From contig NC_009664.2 in NCBI RefSeq assembly GCF_000017305.1, positions 2,430,001-2,462,000 of the forward strand: a DNA stretch of 32,000 nt, written 5' to 3'. A program made the position numbers and the translations under genes. Every line of letters begins with the position of its first letter. Within the stretch, counting starts at the first letter, position 1. Positions 1-8,845 of the stretch are shown here, one piece after another. Under the pieces are notes generated by a model. That model had not been told where the DNA came from. It saw only the letters and a list, made by a program, of their open reading frames with translations, and did not search any database. Source of the DNA: Kineococcus radiotolerans SRS30216 = ATCC BAA-149. GTDB lineage: Bacteria; Actinomycetota; Actinomycetes; Actinomycetales; Kineococcaceae.

Positions 1-38
1 CCGCCCCACCGCCGTCGAACCCCAACGCGTCCGCGATC

Positions 39-434
39 ATGCGCCGCACCGGCCGGAAGGACACCCGCCCGGAACTCGCCCTGCGCCGGGAACTGCACCG
101 CCGCGGCCTGCGCTACCTCGTCGACGCCACCCCGCCGGGCACGAACCGCCGCCGGCGCGCGGACCTCGTCTTCCGCGGCGCCCGGGTCGCGGTGTTCGTC
201 GACGGCTGCTTCTGGCACTCCTGTCCCGTCCACGTGCACCGGCCGAAGGCGAACGCGGGGTGGTGGCGGGTGAAGCTGGCCAGCATCACCGCCCGCGACC
301 GCGACACCGACGCGGTGCTCGCGGCCGCGGGGTGGTGCGTGGTGCGGGTGTGGGAGCACGAACGCCCCGTCGCGGCGGCCGACCGGGTGCACGGTCTCGT
401 GCACGCGCGTCGCGGGCGGCACCGGCGACCCTGA
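39..434 (+). CDS. vsr: Very short patch repair endonuclease (Vsr). The true start may lie upstream of the window.
   Basis: Carries 'RKDTRPELALRRELHRRGLRY', 'DLVF...VAVFVDGCFWHSCP' and 'GWCVVRVWEHE', the Vsr family signature. The frame stays open back to nt 3. E. coli Vsr has about 15 residues before its equivalent 'RDT' motif, so the M at 39 may be internal. Confidence 0.85.
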   Translation: MRRTGRKDTRPELALRRELHRRGLRYLVDATPPGTNRRRRADLVFRGARVAVFVDGCFWHSCPVHVHRPKANAGWWRVKLASITARDRDTDAVLAAAGWCVVRVWEHERPVAAADRVHGLVHARRGRHRRP

Positions 435-436
435 GG

Positions 437-458
437 CCGCCGGCGCCACCCCCGGCGG
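437..458. terminator. GC-rich hairpin between the convergent vsr and amidase stops (possible bidirectional terminator, no U-tract)
   Basis: CCGCCGG (437-443) and CCGGCGG (452-458) are exact reverse complements separated by an 8-nt loop. They sit in the 27-nt gap between the two convergent stop codons. Confidence 0.3.
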
Positions 459-461
459 GGT

Positions 462-2141
462 TCAGCCGTCCTCGCGCGACGGGCCGGTGGCGATCACCGC
501 CTTCGGGATCACGCCGTTGCGCGGGAGTTCCGGCGTGCTGGCCGGGGGCAGGCGGTGCTCGGTGGCCTGCTCGTAGTCGTAGGCCATCGCGAGCAGGGTC
601 GCGTCGGTGGAGCGGGGCGCGGCGAGTTCCAGCCCGACGGGCAGACCCGCGGCGGTGAACCCGGCGGGCAGGGAGATCGTCGGGATCCCGGTGTTCGCGC
701 CGACGTCGCAGAACGTCGTGCCCGCCCAGTCCGGGTTCGCGGGCGCCTCGGAGGTGGGCATGGCCAGCGCGTCCAGGTCGTGCTCCACGAAGAACGCATC
801 CATCGCCACCTTCCCGGCCTCCTGCGCCGCGACGGCGGCGTCGTAGTCGGGGTTGGGGACGTCGGCCAGGGCCAGCCAGGAGTCGATGGTCGCCTGGTCC
901 AGGGAGGACTTCCCGTCGGCGACGACGTCGGAGAACGTCAGCCGGTCGGTGGGGGCGGTGAGCTCGGCCAGACCCGCGGGCCACTGCGCCTCCGTCGCGG
1001 CGAAGAACGCGTCGACGCTGGGGCGCATGTCGATCCAGCCCCCGCTGGCGAGCTGCTGCTGCACGAACTCGCGGGTGAACGGGACGTCGACGATCTCCGC
1101 GCCCTGGGCGGCGAGGTCGTCCACGGCGCGGTCGACGATCGCGGTGACCTCCTCGGTGCCCGGCCGCGGCCCCTCGGGGGTGGCGGTCGAGTAGTCCCAG
1201 TGGAAGGTGCCGATCCGCTTGCCCTGCAACGCGGTGTCGCTGAGCCCGGGGACGAAGGTGGCCGGGTCCTGCTCGGCGGCGATCGCGGTCTGCGGGTCGG
1301 CGGGGTCGACCCCGGCGAGGACGCTGCCGAGCAGGGCGGCGTCTTCCACTGTCGTGGTCATCGGCCCGGACACGTCCTGGCGCACCGACAGCGGCACGAT
1401 CCCGGCGACGCTGGTCAGGCCCATCGTGGGGCGGTAGCCGACGAGGCTCTGGTGGGCGCTGGGCCCGATGATCGATCCGCAGGAGTCCGTCCCGAGGCCC
1501 GCGGCGGCGAAGCCCGCGGCGATCGCCGCGCCGGTGCCGCCGCTGGAGCCGGACGCGCTGACGTCCTGGTCGTAGGGGTTGTGGGTCTCCCCGCGCACCG
1601 AGGACAGCGTGTACGTGCCGTGCCAGGCGAACTCGGCCATGTTCGTCTTGCCGACGATGATCGCTCCGGCGTCGCGCAGGCGTTCCACCGCGGTGGAGTC
1701 CTCGGTGGTCTGGTAGTCGGCGAGCGCCTCGCTGCCCGCCGACGTCGGCATGTCGTAGGTGGCGTAGTTGTCCTTCACCAGCACCGGCACCCCGTGCAGG
1801 GGCCCGCGGGAGATCCCGGCGGCGCGTTCGGCGTCGAGCAGGCGCGCGTTCTCCAGGGCGGTGGGGCTGACGGTGACGACGGCCTGCAGACCGGGCTGGT
1901 CGGCGTAGGCGTCGTCGTAGGCGGCGATGCGGTCCAGGTAGGCCTGGACCAGGTCCACCGAGGAGGTCTCCCCCGCGGCGAGGAGGCCCAGCTGGTCGGT
2001 GACGCTGAGACCGACGACGCGGGGGAGCTCGTCGTGCGGGGTGGGGGCGGCGCTCGCGGGGGCGAGGGCCGGGGCGAGGCAGAGCGCGGTCGCCGCCAGC
2101 AGGGCTGCGGAACGGCGGCGGACGCGGGACGGGACGGGCAC
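462..2141 (-). CDS. Secreted amidase (amidase-signature family)
   Basis: Has the AS-family Gly/Ser-rich core 'SASGSSGGTGAAIAAGFAAAGLGTDSCGSI'. The N-terminus 'RVRRRSAALLAATALCLAPALAPASA' looks like a signal peptide. GTG start at 2141 is preceded by GGAGG with a 4-nt spacer. Confidence 0.9.
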   Translation of the reverse strand: MPVPSRVRRRSAALLAATALCLAPALAPASAAPTPHDELPRVVGLSVTDQLGLLAAGETSSVDLVQAYLDRIAAYDDAYADQPGLQAVVTVSPTALENARLLDAERAAGISRGPLHGVPVLVKDNYATYDMPTSAGSEALADYQTTEDSTAVERLRDAGAIIVGKTNMAEFAWHGTYTLSSVRGETHNPYDQDVSASGSSGGTGAAIAAGFAAAGLGTDSCGSIIGPSAHQSLVGYRPTMGLTSVAGIVPLSVRQDVSGPMTTTVEDAALLGSVLAGVDPADPQTAIAAEQDPATFVPGLSDTALQGKRIGTFHWDYSTATPEGPRPGTEEVTAIVDRAVDDLAAQGAEIVDVPFTREFVQQQLASGGWIDMRPSVDAFFAATEAQWPAGLAELTAPTDRLTFSDVVADGKSSLDQATIDSWLALADVPNPDYDAAVAAQEAGKVAMDAFFVEHDLDALAMPTSEAPANPDWAGTTFCDVGANTGIPTISLPAGFTAAGLPVGLELAAPRSTDATLLAMAYDYEQATEHRLPPASTPELPRNGVIPKAVIATGPSREDG

Positions 2142-2365
2142 AGAACCTCCGAGGACGGTGGGGTGTCGGCTCGGACCGTAGGGGGGCTCGGAGTCGCCTG
2201 CGCGTCGAACCGGTGACGGCTGTGTTACGCCTGAGGCGGGTGGGGTGGGGGTGGGCTGCGCGGGGACGGCTGCCGCCGGCGGCTCTCCCGCGCGGAAATC
2301 CCCCGCCGCGAACGGCGCCGGATCCGTAGGCTCGCCCTCCTCGTCGCCGGTGAAGGGCCTCCGTC

Positions 2366-3169
2366 ATGTCCGCCTCCCGCCCGGTGGTGCGCCGCGCCGC
2401 CGCGCTCCTCGCCGTCACCGCCGTCGGCCTCACGGCCTGCGGTGCCGATCGCACGACTCCCGCCGCCGCGGGGGACGCCACCGTCCCGTCGGCGAGCAGC
2501 TCGCCCCCGGCGACCCCGGTCGCGACGTTCCCGGGGTCGACCGCGTCCCCGGCGTCGGCGGCCCTCCCGTGGACCGAGACCCGCCTCACCGGCACCGCCG
2601 GATCCCTCACGTGGGACGTGGTGCTGCCGCGCTTCGCCGGTGCCCCGGTGGCGGACGAGGTGAACCGGCGCGTCGTCGCCTCCGCGGAGGACGTCGTCGA
2701 ACGGGCTCGCACCACCGTGCAGGACGGTGACCCGCCGCGCACGATCACCGGCCGGGGCGTCGTCACCACGAACGACGGGCGCACCGCGCAGGTGCTGCTG
2801 GAGGTCGTCGACGGCACCGAGGGCACCGCCCACCCCACGACCACCCTGGCCTCGACCGTCGTCGACGTCCGCCGCGGACGGCCGGTGACCCTCGACGTCC
2901 TCTTCACCGACCCGCCGGCGGCGCTCGCGGACCTCGCCCCCGTCGTCGAGGACCTCGCCGCCGCGCGGGGCGAACCCGTCACCGCGCCGGAGGGGCTCAC
3001 CCCCGAGGTGGGGAACTGGGCGACCTGGCAGTCCGGGCCCGACGGGCTCGCGTTCTCCTTCCAGGACTTCCAGCTCGGCGGGCACGGGACCCGGAGCTAC
3101 GTGGTGCCGTGGGCGGAGGCCGAGGCTCTGCTGACCGACGAGGCCCGGGAACTGCTGGTGCCGCGCTAG
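2366..3169 (+). CDS. Lipoprotein of unknown function (possibly DUF3298/RsiV-like)
   Basis: Signal peptide plus lipobox 'LLAVTAVGLTAC'. The C-terminal part resembles the DUF3298 pattern ('GTAHPTTTLASTVVDVRRGRPVTLDVLF', 'LAFSFQDFQLGGHGTRSYVVPW'). The family assignment is from memory only. Confidence 0.65.
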   Translation: MSASRPVVRRAAALLAVTAVGLTACGADRTTPAAAGDATVPSASSSPPATPVATFPGSTASPASAALPWTETRLTGTAGSLTWDVVLPRFAGAPVADEVNRRVVASAEDVVERARTTVQDGDPPRTITGRGVVTTNDGRTAQVLLEVVDGTEGTAHPTTTLASTVVDVRRGRPVTLDVLFTDPPAALADLAPVVEDLAAARGEPVTAPEGLTPEVGNWATWQSGPDGLAFSFQDFQLGGHGTRSYVVPWAEAEALLTDEARELLVPR

Positions 3170-3624
3170 CCGCGGTCCCTGTGCACCCGGCCGACGACGA
3201 CGAGCTCCACCGGCGACCCCGCCCCGGCGTCCTCCAGCAGCTTCCACACGTCCGGCCACCGCAGCCCGCCGATGCCCGAACCCAGGTGCGGCACCCCCAG
3301 TCGGTCGATGCCGCGGGCTGCGGCGTCCGCGAGGGCGGCCCGCACCGTCGCATCGATCGCCTCCAGCCGCGCGTCCGCACCCCGTTCCACCTGGGTGGCG
3401 AGGTTATAGACCACCACTCCCTCCGGCGTTTCCCACGGCATCACGTCGCCGAGCCGGAACTCCCCGGCCAGGCAGCGGCGCTCGTACTCGCGCACCAGCG
3501 CGGGCCAGCGCTCCCGGACTTGTCGTGCGATCCCGCCGGCCATCGATCCGCGGCAGTTGCAGCCGTGGGCGAGGGCGGGCAGGCCGAGGGTGAGCAGATC
3601 TCCGGTGGTGTGCGTGGTGGGCAT
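3166..3624 (-). CDS. Macrodomain protein (ADP-ribose binding/hydrolase), paralog 1
   Basis: 'GDLLTLGLPALAHGCNCRGSMAGGIA' and 'LGVPHLGSGIGGL' are typical macrodomain motifs. About 60% identical by eye to the ORF at 22591-23031. Its stop overlaps the convergent lipoprotein stop in a shared CTAG (3166-3169). Confidence 0.85.
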   Translation of the reverse strand: MPTTHTTGDLLTLGLPALAHGCNCRGSMAGGIARQVRERWPALVREYERRCLAGEFRLGDVMPWETPEGVVVYNLATQVERGADARLEAIDATVRAALADAAARGIDRLGVPHLGSGIGGLRWPDVWKLLEDAGAGSPVELVVVGRVHRDRG

Positions 3625-3655
3625 CGATCTCCTCGGGCGGTCGGGGCCGGTGGTC

Positions 3656-4009
3656 TCAGGCGGCGAGGGCGTGCGCGGCCTGCGTGGCCAGCTCGTCGAT
3701 CCACGCCTGCTGCTCCGGCGTCAGGTCGGTCGCGGATCGCGTCGGCCGGGTCGCAACCGGCTTCGGGGTGCGGTGGCGGGAGTCGTCGAGCTCGCGCGTC
3801 CAGTGCCAGCCGCCGAACGTGCACGCGTAGTAGCGCACCGGCTCTTGGTGGTCGCCGTTCCAGGCGAGCGCCAGGGCGTGCTTGCGGACCGCGTCCTCGC
3901 GGTCCTGGCAGTGGATCTTCCCGCAGCGGCACCGCCGCATCTGGCTGACGTAGGCGCGGACCTGCGCCCGTCGCCGCTCCGCCCGCTTCACCCGACGCTT
4001 GCTGCTCAT
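3656..4009 (-). CDS. Small basic Cys-rich protein (putative zinc ribbon), hypothetical
   Basis: The 219-aa track ORF is trimmed to the ATG at 4009, which is preceded by AGGAGG (revcomp of 4011-4019). Product is 117 aa: 'MSSKRRVKRAERRR...CRCGKIHC...YYACTFGGWHWT'. Lies 31 nt upstream of macrodomain gene 1. Confidence 0.55.
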   Translation of the reverse strand: MSSKRRVKRAERRRAQVRAYVSQMRRCRCGKIHCQDREDAVRKHALALAWNGDHQEPVRYYACTFGGWHWTRELDDSRHRTPKPVATRPTRSATDLTPEQQAWIDELATQAAHALAA

Positions 4010-4271
4010 GCCGCCTCCTGACCGGTGCACTGCTCCGACGACGGGAGAGTGCCGGGAGGGTCCGACACGAAGTGCTGCCCACCGGTGGATCCGGTCTGGT
4101 GAGTGGCCCTCTGCTGCAACCATTCCGACTGCACACGCCCTCGGATCGTGGTGACTCCGACCCGTGCAGGACCACCCGGTCGGACGCCGGCGGGGTGCCA
4201 CGAACCGCGAGCGGGTCGTGAGCCGCCCGACGCCCGGTGTCGATCCAGCCCGGCTCGCGGTCCGCGCCGGA

Positions 4272-5477
4272 TCACGCCCCCGAGGTGGGAGAAGGGATGC
4301 CGCCGTCCGCGACACGCAGGGCGTCGAGCGCGCGGAAGATGGCGTCGACCGCGGCGGCGTCGCCGACGACCTCGGGCAGGTGGACGGCGGGCTCAGCCTG
4401 CCAGTTCCTCCGTCTGGCGTCCCGGATGCGCTCGGCGAGCACCGGCACGCCCTCGAGCAGGCTCGCGGTGCGTTCGACCTGCTCGGCGCTCAGCCGGGAC
4501 GACAGGGCGTCGAAGTGGAACTTCAACCAAGGCCGCGTGCTGCTCTTGCCGGTGTTGACGTTCAGCACCCAGACGCGAGCCTGCTGCTCCCCGAAGGCGT
4601 ACCAGGCGTTGAGCCGGGGCGTTGCTCCCTTGCCCCAGGCGACCCGCGAGCCGTGGGACTCCGCCTCGTCGAGCAGCCGGTGGACGAGCGCGACCTCGGC
4701 AGGAGTGCACCGCTCCTGGGCCGCCGCCAGGAAGCTCTCCCGGTCCCACTGCTGCCCCTCCAGCGGAGCCCGGGTCTTCGCCGACTCCGCTGCCGCTGTC
4801 CGGCCGAGCACGCGCGGCACGTACACGGTGTGCTCTCCGCCGGCGTAGCGGCGCAGTTCGACGCCGAGCACCTCGGCGGGGTTCATCTGCTCGTTGAGGA
4901 ACTCGATGATCCGCACCAGGGAGTCGGGGAGGCGGTCGGCGACGATGAGCATGCGGATCCGTCCCGCCCGCAGGTTGGCCTCGACATCGCGCCAGAGCTC
5001 TTCGGCGCTCTGCTCGGGGCTGAGCCTGGCGAGCAGGTCGTCGATGTCCTCCTCGCCGTGTGCCGCCGTCTCCTCGAGCCGGTCGTGCAGCCACTGCAAC
5101 GGCAGGTGCTTCACGGCGTTGGCGGCGTAGTCGAGCATCTGGGCGACCACCTCGCGGCGGGTTCGGGTGTCGGACGCACGCTTGACCTCCACGAGCACGG
5201 GAACGCCCTGCGCGTCGAGGAAGAGGTGGTCGATGCGCAGGTTGCCGCTGCCGTCCTCCTCGACGGGGATGCGGACCTCGCGGCCGATCAGCAGCAGGCG
5301 AGCCGCACCTCCTGCCGTGCTGGAGCCGGCGAGGACACCGGGGTGGGTCGCGAGCACCCGCTGCAGCACGTCCTCGGTGGCGTAGTCGTGCTGCTCGAGC
5401 ACGATCAGCTCACCCCCCGCCTCCAGGAAGATCCCGTCGTCGAGCACGTCTCCTCCTCGGTCCGGCACGTCGGTCAT
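4272..5477 (-). CDS. NucS/DUF91-like PD-(D/E)XK nuclease-domain protein with an uncharacterised C-terminal domain
   Basis: The 821-aa track ORF is trimmed to the ATG at 5477 (MTDVPDRGG...), giving 401 aa. Contains 'EDVLQRVLATHPGVL...GREVRI...GNLRIDHLFLDAQGVPVLVEVKR...QMLDYA', the D...E-x-K core and layout of NucS-type nucleases. Its ATG overlaps the upstream TGA (ATGA at 5474-5477). Confidence 0.7.
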   Translation of the reverse strand: MTDVPDRGGDVLDDGIFLEAGGELIVLEQHDYATEDVLQRVLATHPGVLAGSSTAGGAARLLLIGREVRIPVEEDGSGNLRIDHLFLDAQGVPVLVEVKRASDTRTRREVVAQMLDYAANAVKHLPLQWLHDRLEETAAHGEEDIDDLLARLSPEQSAEELWRDVEANLRAGRIRMLIVADRLPDSLVRIIEFLNEQMNPAEVLGVELRRYAGGEHTVYVPRVLGRTAAAESAKTRAPLEGQQWDRESFLAAAQERCTPAEVALVHRLLDEAESHGSRVAWGKGATPRLNAWYAFGEQQARVWVLNVNTGKSSTRPWLKFHFDALSSRLSAEQVERTASLLEGVPVLAERIRDARRRNWQAEPAVHLPEVVGDAAAVDAIFRALDALRVADGGIPSPTSGA

Positions 5478-8400
5478 GTCGTGGTCCCGGCGTGGCCGTG
5501 CACCCACTGCTCCCCGGGCTGGGCGAACACCAGCCGGGTGTCGTCCGGCCGCCGGCCCAGCACCCGGGCCAGGGCGTCGGCGTAGGCGTCGAGCTGGCCG
5601 GCGTAGTGCTGCTCCTTGGCCGCCACGTCGGCGGCGCTGCGCACCCGGTCCGTCTTGTAGTCCACGACGACCAGTTCGCCGGTGCTCGTCTCGGCGAGCA
5701 GGTCGACGTACCCCTCCAGGTAGCGCTGCCCGTCGTCGACGACGAGGTACACCTCCCGCCAGGTGCGCCCGCCGTCGGCGGCGTCCCGCACGACGGGCGC
5801 GGTCAGCGCCGACCACGCGCGCTGCTCGACCTCGCCGGTGGAGTCGGGGACCTGCTCGGCGGCGCAGACCGCCTCCGCGAGCCGGCGCACCTCCTCGCGG
5901 GAGGGGGAGCGCAGGTCGGCGAGTTCCAGCACCCGGTGCACGGCCGTGCCGACGGCGGCGCCGCGACGGCGGGTGGTGCGCCGCGGTGGCCGGACCCCGG
6001 CCTCGTCCCCAGCGGTGGTGTCCGGTGCGTCGTGCTCCTTCGCGGGTTCCTCCTCGCGGCTCGGCCCGCTGGTGGGGACCGCGGTCGCCTGACGCACTGC
6101 GGTGGCGCTGGTGGCGACGGCGGCGTGCAGGGCCGCGAGGAGAGCGGCGCGCTGCTCGAGGAACTCCGCGCGGTCGGGCAGATCGCGCGCTGTCCTCCCC
6201 TCGTCCTCCGGAACGAGCACCTGGAAGGGCGTTGCCGGAGCCGTTCCCTGCGCCGCGCGCTGAGCTCGGGGTTCGCTCTCGCAGCGCGCCAGACCGCTGT
6301 CGGCGAGCAGTTCCCACAGCTTCTGCGCCCGGCTGCCGCCGGTCCTGGACGGCTTGTGGTAGCAGCCGACGACGAGGTGGTCCTGCGCGCGGGTGAGCGC
6401 GACGTACAGCAGGCGGATCGCCTCCTGCTCGGACTCCGCCTTCTCGTCCTGGGACGCCTGCCGCCAGCCGGGCATCTCCAGGACGTCGGCGCGGAAGCGC
6501 ACGAGCGGGCCGTCCGGTGCCCACAGCACGGTGGCGTCGTCGCGGCCGGAACCGTTGAGACCGGCGACCACGGTGACGGGGAACTCCAGCCCCTTGGAAC
6601 CGTGGACGGTGAGGATCCGCACCGCGTCGTCGTCGGGTTCGGGAACGACGGTCTCCACGAGGTCGGCGCTGTCCTGCTGCTGCCGCACCGTCCAGCTGAG
6701 GAACCCGGTGAGCCCGGAGCCCCCTCGGTCGCACCACTCGCGCGCCTGGTCGACGACGAAGCGCAACCGGCGCCAGTGGTCACGGGGACGGCGCTGGGAG
6801 GCGGTCAGCTCCACCAGGCGCAGCTCCCGCACGACCTCCTCGACGAGCTGGTTGACGGGCACCCACCAGCGCTGCTCGTGCCAACGCCGCAGGGTGCGCA
6901 GCGCGGCGGCGACGGGGTGCTGCTCGTCGATGCCCTCCGGCACGGCGGCGTGGATCGACCAACGGCCGCCGGCGGCCCGCCAGCCGACGAGGTCGACGTC
7001 GGAGCACGCCAGACCCGGCTGGCGCAGCGCGGCCAGCAGGGCGACCTGGTCGGCGGGGGAGTCCACCGCCTGCAGCAGCGCCAGCACGGCGCGCACCGCG
7101 TCGGTCGACCACACCAGCGAGCGGCTCTCGACGCGGTAGGGGATGTCGCGGCCCTCCAGCGCCCGTTCGATGCTGGCCAGCGGGGTGCGGGTGGGCAGCA
7201 GGACCGTCACGTCGCGGTACTGCGCGGGGCGCTGCCCGCGGGTGCTGGTGCCGTCGGGGTGGCGGGTGCTGGCCTCCACCGGCCAGCCCTCCGCCTTGGC
7301 GCGGGCGATGACGTCGGCGACGTGCTCGGCCTCGAGGTCGCGCAGCGCGCCGGCGGGGACGTCCCGGTCCCCGCCCAGCAGCAGCACCGGGACGTCAACC
7401 CCGTCCGCACCGCCGTCCCGGGCCGGGTGCAGGTCGGCGTAGGCGATGCCCGCGGCAGGGTCGGCGCCGATGAGCGTGCGGAAGGCGTGGTTGGCGGCCT
7501 CCAGGACACCGGGCACGCTGCGGAAGTTCACCGCCAGTCCCGTGCGGCCACGTTCGTGCAGGTCGCCGACGGCGGTGAACGTCGCCACGTCCGCGCCGCG
7601 GAAGCGGTAGATCGACTGCTTGGCATCACCCACGAAGAACAGCCGGCCGGGGGCGACGGGGATCTCCTGCCACTGCTCAGGAGGTTCCTCCCCGCAGTCG
7701 CCGGCGAGCAGGCAGGCGATCTCCACCTGCAGCGGGTCGGTGTCCTGGAACTCGTCGATGAGCAGGACGGGCCACTGCGCGTGCAGGCGCTCACGCACGT
7801 CCCGGTTCCGGCGCAACAGGTCGCGGGCCAGGACGAGCAGGTCGTGGAAGCTCAGGGCACCGAGCTCCCGGCGGCGGTCGGCCTCGGCGAGCAGCCAGTC
7901 CTGCACCCGCGCCGTCAGCGTCTTGGTGGTGGCGGCTCCCACCGCCGAGCGCAGGTCCTCGACGGCCCGCTGGGCGTGGGCGAGCGCGTCGACGACCTCG
8001 GCCTTGTCCAGCCCCGCCTGCTGCCACGCGGGTTTCCTGCCACCGCTGGAGGACAGCTTCACGTCCCCGAGCAGGGCGAGGACGTCCCAGCGGTCCGTGG
8101 CGGCGGACACCGCCTGCGCGAAGGGGTGCACGACCTCTCGCAGGTGGGTGGTGAGCTTGTCGCCCTCGGGCCAGCGGTCCGCGGCGGCCAGCACGGCGCG
8201 CAGCGGAGCCAGCACGTCACCGGCCTCGACGGGAGGCAGCGGGCGCTCGCGCAGCGGCTGGGAGCGCAACCGGTCCCAGGCGCCGGCGAGCGTCGCGGCG
8301 GTGCCGCGCAGGGCCGAGGTGCTGAGGCCGAGGGTGAAGGCGGCGGTGACGTGGTCGGCGACGGCGGGGTCGGCGAGCAGGTCCGCGAGGAAGTCCTCCC

Positions 8401-8845
8401 AGGCGTCGTCGTCGAGCTCGTCGCCACCCGTCGCTGACGCCACGGCGAACCCGGGCGGCAGGCCCGCTTCCAGGGGCGCCTCCTGCAGGATGCGGATCGC
8501 CGTGCCGTGCAGGGTGCCGATGGCGGCGTCGTCGAGGGCGGCGGCGGCCGTGCGGCAGCAGTCCCGTTCCTGCGGCTCGTAGGTGGTGCCGCGGTGCTCT
8601 CCCCGTGCGGCGTCCTCCAAACCTTCCCGGATGCGGCTGCGCAGTTCCGAGGCGGCGTTCTCGGTGAAGGTGATGGCGGCGAGCTCGCCGACGTGCTGCA
8701 GGTGGCCGGTGGCGACCATGTGCACGACACGCGCCACGAGTGCGGTCGTCTTCCCGGTGCCCGCACCGGCTTCGACGAACAGCGTCTCGGCGTGGCTGGT
8801 GCGGACCCGGTCACGGGCGCTCTGGTCCTGCGGTGCGGAGTTCAC
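5474..8845 (-). CDS. AddA/AdnB-like UvrD-family helicase with a C-terminal RecB-type nuclease
   Basis: Walker A 'FVEAGAGTGKTTALVARV'. UvrD motifs 'LLIDEFQDTDPLQ', 'FFVGDAKQSIYRFRGA', 'TVHGSKGLEFP' and 'LLYVALTRA'. C-terminal nuclease motif 'GYVDLLAE...LVVVDYKTD'. The GTG start at 8845 overlaps the upstream stop (GTGA). 1123 aa. Confidence 0.9.
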   Translation of the reverse strand: MNSAPQDQSARDRVRTSHAETLFVEAGAGTGKTTALVARVVHMVATGHLQHVGELAAITFTENAASELRSRIREGLEDAARGEHRGTTYEPQERDCCRTAAAALDDAAIGTLHGTAIRILQEAPLEAGLPPGFAVASATGGDELDDDAWEDFLADLLADPAVADHVTAAFTLGLSTSALRGTAATLAGAWDRLRSQPLRERPLPPVEAGDVLAPLRAVLAAADRWPEGDKLTTHLREVVHPFAQAVSAATDRWDVLALLGDVKLSSSGGRKPAWQQAGLDKAEVVDALAHAQRAVEDLRSAVGAATTKTLTARVQDWLLAEADRRRELGALSFHDLLVLARDLLRRNRDVRERLHAQWPVLLIDEFQDTDPLQVEIACLLAGDCGEEPPEQWQEIPVAPGRLFFVGDAKQSIYRFRGADVATFTAVGDLHERGRTGLAVNFRSVPGVLEAANHAFRTLIGADPAAGIAYADLHPARDGGADGVDVPVLLLGGDRDVPAGALRDLEAEHVADVIARAKAEGWPVEASTRHPDGTSTRGQRPAQYRDVTVLLPTRTPLASIERALEGRDIPYRVESRSLVWSTDAVRAVLALLQAVDSPADQVALLAALRQPGLACSDVDLVGWRAAGGRWSIHAAVPEGIDEQHPVAAALRTLRRWHEQRWWVPVNQLVEEVVRELRLVELTASQRRPRDHWRRLRFVVDQAREWCDRGGSGLTGFLSWTVRQQQDSADLVETVVPEPDDDAVRILTVHGSKGLEFPVTVVAGLNGSGRDDATVLWAPDGPLVRFRADVLEMPGWRQASQDEKAESEQEAIRLLYVALTRAQDHLVVGCYHKPSRTGGSRAQKLWELLADSGLARCESEPRAQRAAQGTAPATPFQVLVPEDEGRTARDLPDRAEFLEQRAALLAALHAAVATSATAVRQATAVPTSGPSREEEPAKEHDAPDTTAGDEAGVRPPRRTTRRRGAAVGTAVHRVLELADLRSPSREEVRRLAEAVCAAEQVPDSTGEVEQRAWSALTAPVVRDAADGGRTWREVYLVVDDGQRYLEGYVDLLAETSTGELVVVDYKTDRVRSAADVAAKEQHYAGQLDAYADALARVLGRRPDDTRLVFAQPGEQWVHGHAGTTT

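Noticed and set aside
286-3000. 904-aa minus-strand ORF, plus the 553-aa (555-2216, +) and 344-aa (2225-3259, -) ORFs overlapping the amidase and lipoprotein genes
   Set aside because: The translations are Arg/Pro/Gly/Ala runs with no motifs, typical of off-frame or antisense reading of >70% GC DNA. The same DNA encodes an amidase-signature protein and a lipoprotein with clear motifs, RBSs and signal peptides.
4010-4271. Search for LexA (Cheo-type GAAC-n4-GTTC) boxes or a RecA-independent damage promoter (TTGTCRGTG-n8-TAnnnT) upstream of the Cys-rich/macrodomain pair, and at 13408-13588 upstream of the ARH gene
   Set aside because: Only isolated GAAC half-sites and a weak 'TGTCGG' were seen, and nothing matched either consensus. 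No DNA-damage regulation claim is made.
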